A stretch of 64,000 nt of DNA from a virus (taxonomy: Duplodnaviria; Caudoviricetes). Under the pieces are notes generated by a model. That model ran no database searches, was not told the DNA's origin, and worked only from the letters and a program-made list of their open reading frames with translations. This document shows, one piece after another, positions 1-10,922 of the stretch. The stretch spans positions 105,442-169,441 of the IMG/VR virus record IMGVR_UViG_3300014039_000012; one strand, given 5' to 3'. Position 1 is the first letter of the stretch. Each line of letters begins with the position of its first letter. The translations under genes and the position numbers were made by a program.

Positions 1-129
1 GATTTGCCAATTTCTTGGTGGGATTGGCAGAAGAGCTCGGTTGTTGATGGGAGTGGAAAAGATAGTCCGACCGACTTGGGCAAAGAGAAGTTTGAAAAAG
101 TTTTGAGAGAGGAAATGGTGGGAGTATAA
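1..129 (+). CDS. 3' end of upstream gene (partial), possibly DNA primase C-terminus
   Basis: Frame 1 is open to TAA at 127-129 (...GKDSPTDLGKEKFEKVL...). The KDSPxD-like motif and the position before the polymerase suggest a primase. Confidence 0.35.
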   Translation, partial: DLPISWWDWQKSSVVDGSGKDSPTDLGKEKFEKVLREEMVGV

Positions 130-2726
130 TGCAAAATCTTCATCGACATACTTCATATTCGAATGTATGTATTGCGGATTCCGCAGCAACAAACGAACAA
201 TATGCCAAAAGAGCCGTAGAGTTGGGGCATAAAGTGATTAGTAGCGTTGAGCACGGGTGGCAGGGATATTATTATCAATGCTATGAACTTGCTCAAAAAT
301 ATAATCTAAAATTTGTTTTTGGGGCAGAAGCATATTGGGTCAAGGACAGGCAGAAGGAATATGAAGAAATTGACCCGGCAACCGGAGAACCGTTAAAAAA
401 TAAAGATGGAACAATAAAAGCACACAAAGATAATTCTAATTGTCATATATTGCTTCTCGCAAAGACGGAAATCGGAAGACGTGCGATTAACAAGATTCTT
501 TCAGAAGCAAACGAAACAGGATATTATTTTAGACCTCGTGTCGATCTCGAACTTCTTCTTTCTCTTCCCCCTAACGACGTAGTCGTAACAACTGCTTGCG
601 TGGCATATTGGAAATACGATGACATTGAAGATATTACTCTTCAATTGTGGAAACATTTTGGAAAAAACTTTTATCTTGAGATTCAAGCGCACGCAACCGA
701 CCAACAAAGAGAAATCTCTCGCAGAATTCTTTCCTTGTCGCAAAGATATGGAATTGAAATGATTGTTGGGCTTGACAGTCATTACATTTATCCAGAACAA
801 GCGCAGGAGAGAGAATATATTCTTGAAGCGAAAGACGTCCATTACAAAGACGAAGATGGATGGTATATGGACTATCCCGACGACGAAGAAGTTATGAGAC
901 GTTTTATGGAGCAAGGAGTTTTTACAAGAGAACAAGTCCAAAGAGCGATGGACAACACAGATATTTCTCTAACATTTGACGATTATGCAAAAGACAATCC
1001 TGTTTTTAGTAAAGACATCAAACTTCCTACTCTTTATCCCAATCTTTCGCAAGAAGAAAGAAACAAAAAATATAGTGTTCTAATTAGCAAACTTTTTAGA
1101 GAATACGCAGAAAAACATCATATTACAGGAGAAGAGTATAAGAGATATCTTGAAGGAATCAAAATGGAGGTTCAAACAGTTAAAGATACTGGAATGGCCG
1201 ACTATTTCCTTCTTGATTATGAAATTGTTAAAAGAGCAATTGAAAAAGGCGGGGTTTTGACTGACAGTGGGAGAGGATGTTTTACGTCCGACGCAATGGC
1301 TTTAACAACGAGCGGCATCAAGCACATTAACGAAGTTAAGGTCGGAGATTTTGTAATAGATCAAAACGGAAATCCGCAAAAGGTTATTGATACAATGGAA
1401 TATGATTGTAATGAGGAAATGGTTCAGCTTCTTTATGCGTATGGACCAAATACTCATAATCCATTGATCTGTACAAAAGATCATAAGATTTTGATTCATA
1501 GAAATGGACAAAATTCTTGGATCGAAGCCGGAAATATTCAGCAAGGAGATTATGTTTGTTCTCCAAAAATTCATTTTGAAAATCGAGCTCCTGAATATAT
1601 TGATTTAAATGACTATAATATTTTTGGATATGATTTTGATGATGAATATATTTATGAATATCGTCCTGCGGCAAATGGTATTGTTAAATTTAATTCCATA
1701 GATGTTTCTAACCACATTGGTTGTTCCAAACCGTGGGTGTTGCAGGCTGTAAAGAACCCAGATCGAAAGAAATTTAAACATCCAGAATATGTAAATAGAC
1801 TGTTAGAATATACGGGCTTTAAATCTCTTCAAGAATATAGTGATTATTTAAAAAATTCTCACGTTATCAAAATTAAAAGATTTATAAAGAATGACGAACT
1901 TTTCAATACGTGGGTTGGAATGATGTATGGAGATGGATGGGTCCGCAATTCCAAACAAACGACGGACGTGGGTATGGCGTTCTCCACTTATGGTCATAAA
2001 CAATCTTATAACCGAGAGATATGTATTAAAATGATTGAGCGTTTTGGAGCACCCTATAGGTGTGCCGTTCATAAGACAAAACAATTAGAGCAAATTATTA
2101 TGAAAAGTCGTATTGTGAGTGAGTTTTGTAAAAAATTCTTATTCACAAGTAAAAAAGGAAAGGCAAAAAGTTTTAATCAAGATTTGTTTTATCAATCCGA
2201 GGACAATTTAAGAGCATTATTAAAAGGTTTGACAATTACCGATGGAAGCACCGGGAAAGAGAATAGAAGAGACAGTTTCGACAACATATCTCAAAGTATC
2301 GTTGGAGCATATAAAATTTTAGTGTCAGCAGTTGCTCATTGTCCCACAAGTTTATCTGTTAGAAAAGCCCACGAAGACAATAGAGGATATCATTCTCAAA
2401 CTAGTTACAAAATAAGAATGATGAAAGATACGGACGTCCATGTGCTTTCGACATATAGAACGCTTTCTGACGATAACTATATTTATCTTCCGGTTTCTCA
2501 AATCAAACCAATTGAAAAAGCTAAACGAAAAGTATACGACATCACGGTTGAAAATTCTCATAGTTATGTTTTGGATAGTATAGTTGTCCACAATTCTTCA
2601 GTTGGATATTTTACAAACACTCTTCTTGGTTTTTCAAAAGTCGATAGATTTCAAAGTCCGATAACGCTCTATCCTGAGCGATTTATTAGTAAAACAAGAA
2701 TTCTGGAAACCCACTCATTACCCGAT
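129..2726 (+). CDS. dnaE: DNA polymerase III alpha subunit (DnaE-type), exon 1: PHP domain and start of polymerase core; contains an intein
   Basis: NLHRHTSYS, EHG, GAEAY, DSHY PHP motifs; GRG|S motif; ends SLPD immediately before an in-frame TAA that begins intron 1. Confidence 0.93.
1278..2594 (+). mobile_element. Intein (439 aa) with LAGLIDADG homing endonuclease, inserted in the DnaE GRG/S motif
   Basis: Starts CFTSDA after DSGRG and ends IVVHN followed by Ser. Block B (CTKDHKI), block F (VYDITV) and two LAGLIDADG-like helices (WVGMMYGDG, LKGLTITDG) are present. Confidence 0.95.
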
Positions 2727-3023
2727 TAACAACATAGTCGCCCATATAAGTGATTATATGTGGAAAACCTCGAATATCAGGGGAAACCCTTAAGTCTTAA
2801 TTACAAAACATTAGCGAAAGCAAAGTGTGGCATCGCCAATCACGATGGTATTGTAAAAAGATTAAGAATTGGGCAATCCTGAGAGATAACCCTAACCGAA
2901 TTTATCGTATGGGGAGCTCGCAACGACTACCAAGAGGAATCCGAGATAACATCAACGATTGTGGTATAGTCTATTCCGACCATTTATTTGGTGCAAATAC
3001 TACGAAAGTAGCGGTAGGTCAAG
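2727..3023 (+). ncRNA. Group I intron 1 in dnaE (297 nt, no ORF)
   Basis: 5' splice site follows U, with P1 CGAU/GUCG (U-G wobble). Core elements aatatcagggga, ggcaatcctgag, caacgacta and tatagtct are present, and the intron ends in G3023. Removal restores the catalytic PD|IDMN motif. Confidence 0.92.
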
Positions 3024-4079
3024 ATCGATATGAACTGGGGAACCCCGGAAATTGCTGAAGAAGCACAAAAGGAAATTCTTGGTGACGATCACGCAATTCC
3101 GATGATTGCTTTTGGAACTTGCAAAAAGAAATCTGCGTTTAAGCTTTTTGCTCGTTCGCAAAATATGAATTTTGAACTGGCAAATACTATTTCTTCACAA
3201 ATTGCGGATTATGAAGAAGCCGTTAAAAACGCAGAAGATGATGATAAAGACCAGATTGATATTTACGATTTTGTAGATAAAAAATATGCCGATTACATTG
3301 AACAGAGTAAAAAATATTGGGGCATTATTATGGATAAAAAGAAAGCGCCATGCGCGTTTCTTCTTTACCGAGGCAATATTCGAGAAGAAATTGGTCTGAT
3401 TAAATGTAAGTCGGAATCAACCGGCAAAGAGTGCATAACGGCCGTTGTAGACGGGGCAATTGCAGAAAATTACAAATTCTTGAAAAACGACATTCTTTGC
3501 GTAAGTATTGTTCTTTTGGTGGATAAGATTTATCGAAGAATCGGAATTCCGCATAAAACAGTCGAAGAACTAAAAGAGTTTGTTAAAAACGATCCAAAAA
3601 CTTGGGACATTTATAAAAACGGATATACACTTGGAGTTAATCAGTGCGAACAAGCAAGTTCTGCGAAGAAAATGATGAAATTTAAGGCAAAAAACATTTC
3701 CGAACTTTCTGCGTGGATTGCCGCAATTCGCCCCGCCTTCAAGTCAATGTATTCAAAGTTTGAATCGAGAGAATCTTTTAGTTATGGAATTCCTGCTTTT
3801 GACAAACTTCTGCAAACAGAAGAACTTCCACAGTCTTGGATTTTGTATCAGGAGCAGTCGATGTCTGTTCTTTCATATGCCGGATTTCCGATGGACGAAT
3901 GTTATGGGATCATAAAAGCAATTGCTAAAAAACACCCAGAGAAAGTTCGTCCGTTGAAAGATAGGTTTATCGAAGGATTCAAAAAAAGAATTATTACAGA
4001 AGAAGGAATTGAAGAAAATCAAGCGCAGGAAATGAGCGAGAGGGTTTGGCAAATCATCAACGACTCTTGCGGTTACGGT
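3024..4079 (+). CDS. dnaE: DnaE exon 2
   Basis: IDMNWG...FLKNDIL...AAIRP...LYQEQ...CGYG, all conserved DnaE motifs, in frame with exon 1 after splicing. Confidence 0.92.
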
Positions 4080-4364
4080 AAACTTTGTTGCCGTATTAAA
4101 ACCTACTTAACCACGCCAGTGGGTGTCCGCATAGCGGGCTAACGGAGAACTCTAAGTCTATAAGATATGAGAATCCCGTGCTAATCGAAAGATGAGTGTA
4201 GAGGACATCGAAAGGATATTTTAATATTAAAGCTAGTATTAAAAAAGTAACCGAGTAGAGTAGAATGTGAGACGGGCACACGTTCCAAACAGTAGGGAGA
4301 TTTTAGCAAAATCTCAAGATATGTTGCAATATAGTAACCAGTATGGAAACATACATCTATATTG
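4080..4364 (+). ncRNA. Group I intron 2 in dnaE (285 nt, no ORF)
   Basis: P1 UACGGU/GCCGUA with U-G at the splice site. Core elements gctaacggagaa, gagaatcccgtgcta, tgtagaggacat and aagatatgttgc are present, and the intron ends in G4364. Removal restores YG|FNSAHA. Confidence 0.9.
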
Positions 4365-5315
4365 TTCAATTCTGCGCACGCATATTGTATGGCAATAGAT
4401 AGTCTTTCTTGTGCAATGCTGAAAGCAAATTATCCATATGAATTTTATGAGGTGCTTCTACAATTCCATTCCGATAGAGGAGAAAAAGACAAGGTTGGAG
4501 CCCTAAAAGCGGAAATGAAAAAAGCTTTTAGTATTCAAGAAGGTCCGTATCGATTTGGAGAAGATAACCGCAAATTCAACGCAATTCCGGAAAGAGGAAT
4601 TATCCAACCGTCTCTTTTGTCAATTAAGGGACTGAGCCAAGATTTGGCAAATGATCTTTATGAACTTTCGCAAACTAAAAAGTTTGATAATTTTATAGAT
4701 CTGTTAAGAGAATTCGATCATATGAAATCGATGAACATTGCGAAGTTGGATACGTTGATTAAACTCAACTATTTCTCTCAATTCGCCCCCATCGGAAAAC
4801 TTCTGAACATCGTTGAACTCTATAACAAGTTCGGAACTCGTAAGACACTCAAAGAATCCGACGTTTCCGCCCTCCCCGCGCCCGTTCAGGAAGTTATCGC
4901 AAAATATACCACCAAGCCCAAAACGCAGTATAAAATCACGGATAACGATGGAATGCTTCGTGAGCTTGCAGAAATGGTCGGAGAACGTCCGATTACAATG
5001 ATGATGCGTTTGTCGTGGGAAAAGGATTATTTGGGTTACTGCGCCTCTACCGATCCGTCACAGCAAGGAAGTTGGCTCGTTCTGGATATCGATACGAAGT
5101 TCTCTCCGAAGTTGAGCATATATTCTATCTGGAGTGGAGAACAGCGTATCGTTAAAGTCTCGAAGCGTGACTTCCAATCAAATCCTCTCGCTAAAGGTGA
5201 TACAATCCGTCTCACCATTGAACAACGTCCGAAGACAAAGCTCGTGGACGGACAATGGGTAAAAGACGAAAGCGTTAAAGAAGATTGGCTAAAATATTAT
5301 TCAATTGTAAAATAA
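4365..5315 (+). CDS. dnaE: DnaE exon 3 (HhH and C-terminal region)
   Basis: FNSAHAY...LKANYPYEFY...SIKGL. The spliced precursor is 1534 aa, or 1095 aa after intein removal. Confidence 0.92.
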   Translation, partial: FNSAHAYCMAIDSLSCAMLKANYPYEFYEVLLQFHSDRGEKDKVGALKAEMKKAFSIQEGPYRFGEDNRKFNAIPERGIIQPSLLSIKGLSQDLANDLYELSQTKKFDNFIDLLREFDHMKSMNIAKLDTLIKLNYFSQFAPIGKLLNIVELYNKFGTRKTLKESDVSALPAPVQEVIAKYTTKPKTQYKITDNDGMLRELAEMVGERPITMMMRLSWEKDYLGYCASTDPSQQGSWLVLDIDTKFSPKLSIYSIWSGEQRIVKVSKRDFQSNPLAKGDTIRLTIEQRPKTKLVDGQWVKDESVKEDWLKYYSIVK

Positions 5316-5326
5316 GGAGAAGATTT

Positions 5327-5623
5327 ATGGCAAAATATATTGATGCGGACAAAATCGAGTATAAGATAATTTCTTATCCGCGTTTTGATTTTTCTACGGG
5401 AATGGTTCGCAATGAAAAACTCGATGGTTTTTACGCCATCAAACAAGATATCGATGCTATGCCTGTCGCAGACGTTCAGGAAGTCAGGCACGGAAAGTGG
5501 GATGAAATCAGAGACGGATATGGAAAACTTGAAGGTTGGATTCATAGAGAGTGCGGACGTATGTCGATGGGAAAAGATAAGTACTGCCCAAAGTGCGGTG
5601 CAAGGATGAACTTGGAGGATTAA
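5327..5623 (+). CDS. Small phage zinc-ribbon protein
   Basis: SD aggag before ATG 5327; YIDAD...HGKW...YCPKCGARM pattern. Confidence 0.75.
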   Translation: MAKYIDADKIEYKIISYPRFDFSTGMVRNEKLDGFYAIKQDIDAMPVADVQEVRHGKWDEIRDGYGKLEGWIHRECGRMSMGKDKYCPKCGARMNLED

Positions 5624-5624
5624 A

Positions 5625-5897
5625 ATGGATAATTATATTGATAGAAACGTCCTTTTGCAAGAATTAAACGAAGCGCAGATAGAAGGCGACGAATACTATA
5701 AAGGACTTGGAAAAGCAAAACTAATTTTATGCGAGCAACCCGATGTCGACGTAGAAGAAGCCAAGCATGGGAAATGGCTTCCATACAGATTTGGTCTGGG
5801 AGTAGTGAAGTGCTCAATTTGTGGAGCGGTATATGAAGGGGGAGACTCGTTCAGGTTTTGCCCGAAGTGCGGTGCGAAAATGAATTTGGAGGATTAA
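5625..5897 (+). CDS. Small phage zinc-ribbon protein (paralog of the previous gene)
   Basis: HGKW, CSICG and FCPKCGAKM motifs; same C-terminal MNLED. Confidence 0.75.
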   Translation: MDNYIDRNVLLQELNEAQIEGDEYYKGLGKAKLILCEQPDVDVEEAKHGKWLPYRFGLGVVKCSICGAVYEGGDSFRFCPKCGAKMNLED

Positions 5898-5898
5898 A

Positions 5899-6168
5899 AT
5901 GGATAATCAGAAATTTGTAGAAGTTGCGAAAAAGGCTGTTGTAGATTATTTCAACAGCCACAAAGAAATTACCGACGAAGGAAGACTGGTAGTAGAAGAT
6001 GTCTATGTCGTATGGCTGTGTAAAACGCTTCAAAACAACAAGGCACTTCTCAGCACAAATGTTTGGGATGGAATGTATTATGAAGTAACTTATAACGGCG
6101 ATAAAGGCGAAATGTATCTGGATGCTTACAAGAAGTGGGATAATAAGTGTGTTAAAATCGAAGAGTAA
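5899..6168 (+). CDS. DUF6275-like phage protein
   Basis: VYVVWLCKTLQNNKALLST...YYEVTYNGDK.EMYLDAYKKW pattern. Confidence 0.7.
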   Translation: MDNQKFVEVAKKAVVDYFNSHKEITDEGRLVVEDVYVVWLCKTLQNNKALLSTNVWDGMYYEVTYNGDKGEMYLDAYKKWDNKCVKIEE

Positions 6169-6438
6169 ACCTATAATTTTATTTTCAAAAGGAGCGAAAT
6201 ATTATGGAATATAACAAAACTAAATTACCGCTCGTGTCTGGCAGAAAATACAACAACCTTCTAAAAGATTATGAAGATGTAGCCCATAAACTTGAAACTT
6301 TATTGCTTCAGACAACCGGGAAACTTTCAAAATCCACCTACTCACTTGAAGTGATGTTGTCTGAATCGATTCGGCACACAGAAGAACTGGTCGATGAAGC
6401 CGTTGAGAGAGCACTAAAAGAAGGTTTGGAGTCTGACG

Positions 6439-7476
6439 ATGGCGCAAACTAAAAAACAATATCAACAACCAAAATTCTCTTACTCTCGAACCGAGGTATA
6501 TGAGAATTGCCCGTACCGATATTACCTTCAATATGTTAAAGGACATTATATTCCAGCTGTTGGGCTTGCGCTTTCTTTCGGGACGCTTGTCCATCTCATA
6601 AACCAAATTCAAACAGATACACTGCTTGCCGGAAAACCGATCGACTACCCTATGCTGAAAGATTATTTCCAAAATGTGAATATTCCAAAAAAGAACCCGA
6701 AGGACAAAGAGGGTGACATTTTCGGAACAAATATTCTTCGTCGGATGTTCCCCGATGAATGGGATAATCTCGATAAAACAGGAAGAACATTTGAAGAGAA
6801 GACACAAGCGTTTCTTAGCAGAGGAATTTATCGGCAAGAAGAGTATCTTGCCGAACACCCTGAATTAAAACTTGTTGCCGCAGAAATGTCTTTTGAATAT
6901 TACTTCGATAAGGTATTATTTACCGGTTCGATTGACCGCGTGCTTCAATATCGTGATGATCCAAAACATTTCGTTATTCACGACCTGAAAACAAGTGCAG
7001 AAGCGTATGACGATAAGAAGCTTGCAAGTCCCAGACAAATGTGGGTGTATGTTGGGGCGCTGAAAGAAAAGTATGGTAAAGACATTCAAGTTGATTGTGA
7101 ATACGAGTTTCCGATTGCCGAAGAAATGCGAGTCGCTGGAACAAAAGGATGGGAGAAACGATGTGAAACCAAGATGAAAAAAATCTTGGACAGTATTTTC
7201 TCCGAAGAATGGAAGCCGTCTCCGTCACCGTTATGCGCTTGGTGTGCTTTCAGTAATACAAATCCGAATCAGCCTCCTGCGGCTAAAAATCTTTGTCCAT
7301 ACTACAGTCTCTGGACTCCGCAAGAGAGATCGTTTGCGACAAAACTTCCGTGGCAAGGAATCGAAATGGATGAAATTCAGCACAAGAAACTTGAACAGCT
7401 TGCAGCGCTGGACGATGAATTTGCTGATGAAATCGAAGCGGAAGCAAAAAAATCGGACGACGATTGGGACCTCTAA
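6439..7476 (+). CDS. PD-(D/E)XK nuclease, RecB/Cas4-like
   Basis: SYS...CPYRYY, FGTLVH, GSIDR, DLKTS and a C-terminal CxxC...CP cluster. Confidence 0.85.
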   Translation: MAQTKKQYQQPKFSYSRTEVYENCPYRYYLQYVKGHYIPAVGLALSFGTLVHLINQIQTDTLLAGKPIDYPMLKDYFQNVNIPKKNPKDKEGDIFGTNILRRMFPDEWDNLDKTGRTFEEKTQAFLSRGIYRQEEYLAEHPELKLVAAEMSFEYYFDKVLFTGSIDRVLQYRDDPKHFVIHDLKTSAEAYDDKKLASPRQMWVYVGALKEKYGKDIQVDCEYEFPIAEEMRVAGTKGWEKRCETKMKKILDSIFSEEWKPSPSPLCAWCAFSNTNPNQPPAAKNLCPYYSLWTPQERSFATKLPWQGIEMDEIQHKKLEQLAALDDEFADEIEAEAKKSDDDWDL

Positions 7477-7497
7477 AATATTTTTGAAGAAATTTTT

Positions 7498-7535
7498 GAA
7501 AACCCCTTGACAAACGAGGGGTTTTCTGTTATAAT
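7498..7535 (+). promoter_or_regulatory. Sigma-A promoter with -35 at the apex of a hairpin
   Basis: TTGACA 7507-7512, 17 bp spacer, TGtTATAAT ending 7535; stem gaaaacccct/aggggttttc. Confidence 0.85.
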
Positions 7536-7573
7536 AATACCAGAAGAAGAAAATCATTTTTGGGAGGTAAATT

Positions 7574-7813
7574 ATGAGCAGTGGAGTAAAACCGTGTCCG
7601 TTTTGTGGAAATCAGGTTTTCGTTGAAAAAATCCCTCTTTGGAGAACTCGCGGAGATGGAAGTACAAGTGGTTATTCTGGCTGTTACGAGTATGATATTC
7701 ATTGTGATGAGTGCGGATGTCGCATAAAACTTCCCGGGAATGATACGGTTTATCGAAGTGATAAAAAGGCAAAAGAAAACGCCATCAATACTTGGAATAG
7801 GAGAGTTGAGTGA
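7574..7813 (+). CDS. Lar-family restriction alleviation-like zinc protein
   Basis: KPCPFCG...CDECG...AINTWNRR pattern. Confidence 0.7.
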   Translation: MSSGVKPCPFCGNQVFVEKIPLWRTRGDGSTSGYSGCYEYDIHCDECGCRIKLPGNDTVYRSDKKAKENAINTWNRRVE

Positions 7814-8549
7814 AAAATGAGTGAGAATTATATTGTAATCAATGGCAAGAGATCGGAACTGACTGAAGAACAGTTGAAGGCGCTGGGAATTGAGACGAAA
7901 AAGAATCCGTTTGATAGAGTTGAAAAAGGGTGCGTGTATTATAGAATCACGGGATATGGTAAGGTCGATGACTATGTGGAAAGTAGTGACTATACCGATT
8001 TCAATCTTTATGCGAACAATAATTATTTCAACGACAAACAGTTCGCCCAGCAAGTAGCCCTCCACCAGTTGCTCTACCGTAAGCTGTTAAAGTTTGCGTA
8101 TGACAATGGGTGTGAGGATACAGCGGAGTGGGGTTATCATAATCACCACTATACTGTTTACTATGACAAAGAGTCAAATTGCTTTTGTATCGATGATCGG
8201 TATGTTTCTAAATATTTTGGAGTATATTTTGCGACACAAGAAGGCGCAAGCCGTGCAATCGAAGAAGTAGTCGAACCGTTCATGAAAGAGCATCCTGATT
8301 TTGTGTGGTGATAAAAGCTATGAAGAAATATCTTTTATATGTAAGATACAGTCTTTCAGGTCTTGCTGTTTACGCCGTTGAAACGGATGACATTTTTCAC
8401 GTTATTGGCAGAGCGCATTATTGTTCCGATGAACTTATCAAGACTTTCCAATTCGTTGAAGACGAACAGTTTCGCCGAGATTTCTGGAAAGAGCAAAACG
8501 TTAAAATCAGAGAATGCCCAAAGAAGTGGATAGAGTGAAAGGAGTTGCT

Positions 8550-9134
8550 ATGAAAAATCTTCTTGTTATTATTGATGCCCAAAATGATTTTATCGATGGT
8601 GTTTTAGGAACGCCGGAAGCTCGAAAAACCGTTCCGAACATCATTAAAAAGATGCGAGAATATCAAATTGTTAACAACGGGTTTATAGAAGATGCTGATG
8701 AAAACGTGATTTTATTTACACAAGATACGCATTATGCGGCGACTTATGACGATTCTCCGGAGGGAAAGAAGCTTCCAATCAGACATTGTATCTACAAAAC
8801 GCTTGGTTGGCAGATTAATCACGACATTACGTTGGAATATTACGGCGGAAATTATGCTCGTTTCGAGGACGGCTCTATCACAAATGGAAGAATTGTGAAA
8901 AACACTTTCGGTTCGATGAAGTTGATAGAAATCGCAAGAACTTGGTGCACGGAGAAGATCGAGCTCGTTGGTTTCTGTACGGATATTTGCGTTATCTCAA
9001 ATGCACTAATGTTAAAAGCAGCAATGCCAGAAATTCAGATTGTTGTTAATTCGTCTTGTTGTGCCGGAACAACTCCGAAAATGCACAAAGAGGCACTGGA
9101 CGTTATGAAGTCTTGTCAGATTGATATTATCTAA
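8550..9134 (+). CDS. Isochorismatase-family cysteine hydrolase (nicotinamidase-like)
   Basis: LLVIIDAQNDF, TQDTH, HC, KNTFGS and GFCTDICV motifs. Confidence 0.85.
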   Translation: MKNLLVIIDAQNDFIDGVLGTPEARKTVPNIIKKMREYQIVNNGFIEDADENVILFTQDTHYAATYDDSPEGKKLPIRHCIYKTLGWQINHDITLEYYGGNYARFEDGSITNGRIVKNTFGSMKLIEIARTWCTEKIELVGFCTDICVISNALMLKAAMPEIQIVVNSSCCAGTTPKMHKEALDVMKSCQIDII

Positions 9135-9161
9135 ATCACATAAACAAAAGGAGAAATTATT

Positions 9162-9440
9162 ATGGAAACCACTATTACTTTTAAGGAACTGCTGAAGCGT
9201 TGGAAGGAAGAGGCTCACACCGAAAGGGGCATCACTCTTGTTTCAAAAAAAGGTAACATCCTCGTTATCTGCACTCGTCATCCTGGTTGGTATATTGGAA
9301 AAGGCGGGGAACTGTGCGACAAGTATTTTCAAATGATTAAGAACGGCAAGACCGATAAAGGTGAAAGAATTACTCGCAGTCTGTTCGATGTTGGAGGGCT
9401 TGAGAAGATCGAATTTATCGAAACTTTCGATAAGATTTGA
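9162..9440 (+). CDS. Small protein with a KH-like motif resembling ribosomal protein S3
   Basis: ICTRHPGWYIGKGG resembles the S3 KH segment (..T.RPG.VIGKGG). Confidence 0.5.
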   Translation: METTITFKELLKRWKEEAHTERGITLVSKKGNILVICTRHPGWYIGKGGELCDKYFQMIKNGKTDKGERITRSLFDVGGLEKIEFIETFDKI

Positions 9441-10922
9441 GGAGGGACAAAGAATGACTAAAGCAGTAGAAAGAGTGAAGGAAGTAATTAAGAATAACAT
9501 TGAAGACGCAATGTATGGGATTTTCGATTGCCGCAACAGCGTAGGAGATCCAATGGAAACGCTCTACGAAGACAATGAAGTATGCGTTGACATTTGTTAT
9601 AGATATAGATATTTTGAAGTGTTCGGTTTGAGCGAGGAAGAATTTGCCGAAGTAGAATCTTTTTATGTGCAACTTAATGAGGGCAGCAATGAATAATTTA
9701 TATACAAAAACATATTGTCAGAAATACGGCTTGTTTTGTGAGTCTGCTAATGAAAACGGATATTGCAAAATGTCTGCGTGTTCGAGACGTTTGACCGACT
9801 TTGCGGAAGACAAACAACTGCGAACAAATTTCCGAATTGTTCATCGAAAAGATGGTATATATGATTTATTCGATAGTATAAGTTGGCTTATGTCTCGTGG
9901 GTGTATTGATGATATTCTAAATTTTCTTTCGACATCAAGCAAGTATTCGGCAATCCGAATCGTTTTTGAAGACAAAAGTATGGAGGTGGACAACAATGAG
10001 AAAACTTCGTAAATCAGAAATCGATAGAATTGTTAAAGAGAATTTGCGCCTTTCCAACGACGAACTTCTTAACAAATATTTCGACCTCGTTTATCACGAT
10101 TGTCTCGGCTCGCAAGCCGAACGGATGGAAGAAGCCGGTTGGGAAGAGAGCGACGTTAAAGAACGGCGCGAGTACGAAGATTATATGGGTTGTTATACTG
10201 ATATTCTTGCGGGAATGTTACAGGAGCGTGGCATAGACCCGTGGAAAGATTATATTAACGATTCGTCGAAAACCTGTATGAGTATTGTCAACGTAGATTA
10301 ATGAGGATGATTAAAAATGGGATATAGACACTATTTGTATGCGATTCCTAAAAAGCAAGTAGAAGAAATTCAGGCTTGTAAAACTGCCAGCGATTTAACA
10401 GAATTTGCAAAACGGCACGGTTACCCATATGACGAAGACGATGGTTGGCTTTCTCTCTACAAAGTCGGAAAAGAGCTTTATGAACTTGGAAAGTATTCTG
10501 AAATTGGTTTCAAGCTTGAATCCGAAAGACCGTGTGTTTTTACGTCAGATGAGTTGAGAAGCGAATATACAGATTATGGATTCGCCCTCCTGACAAAAGA
10601 TGATTTCAAGGCTGTTATTGAATTTTATCGACAAAAAATTATTGCTTGGTTCAAAAGTTTTCTTGAAATTAAAGACAGCAGTAAATTTTCAGAAGAATTT
10701 ACCAAAGAACAATATCAATTAGAGGTGTTAAAGCAAGAAGCGCAAAACAAAATCGATTCTTGGAGTGGTAAGTATTTCGGAATTTCTCCAATTGATTTAG
10801 ATGAGAACAAAGAACAAATCGCCGGCGACTGGTCGTATGAGTATGCGATTTTTGAATTGGTTCGACTGTATAAAATTTTTGACTGGGAAAACGACGAACT
10901 TGTTTTAATGGGGTGGTAAAAT

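Noticed and set aside
3030-3041. dnaE exon 2 as the target of the omega-RNA-like guide
   Set aside because: Only 7 nt (ATGAACT) match, which is expected by chance.
2825-3058. 77-aa ORF in intron 1 as a homing endonuclease
   Set aside because: It overlaps the ribozyme core and has no nuclease motif.
2727-4364. Stops in dnaE read as stop-codon recoding or a pseudogene
   Set aside because: They are fully explained by two group I introns. Other genes end normally at TAA, TAG or TGA, and no suppressor tRNA was seen.
6439-7476. Cas4-like gene as evidence of a CRISPR system
   Set aside because: No other cas genes and no repeat-spacer array were seen; solo phage PD-(D/E)XK nucleases are common.
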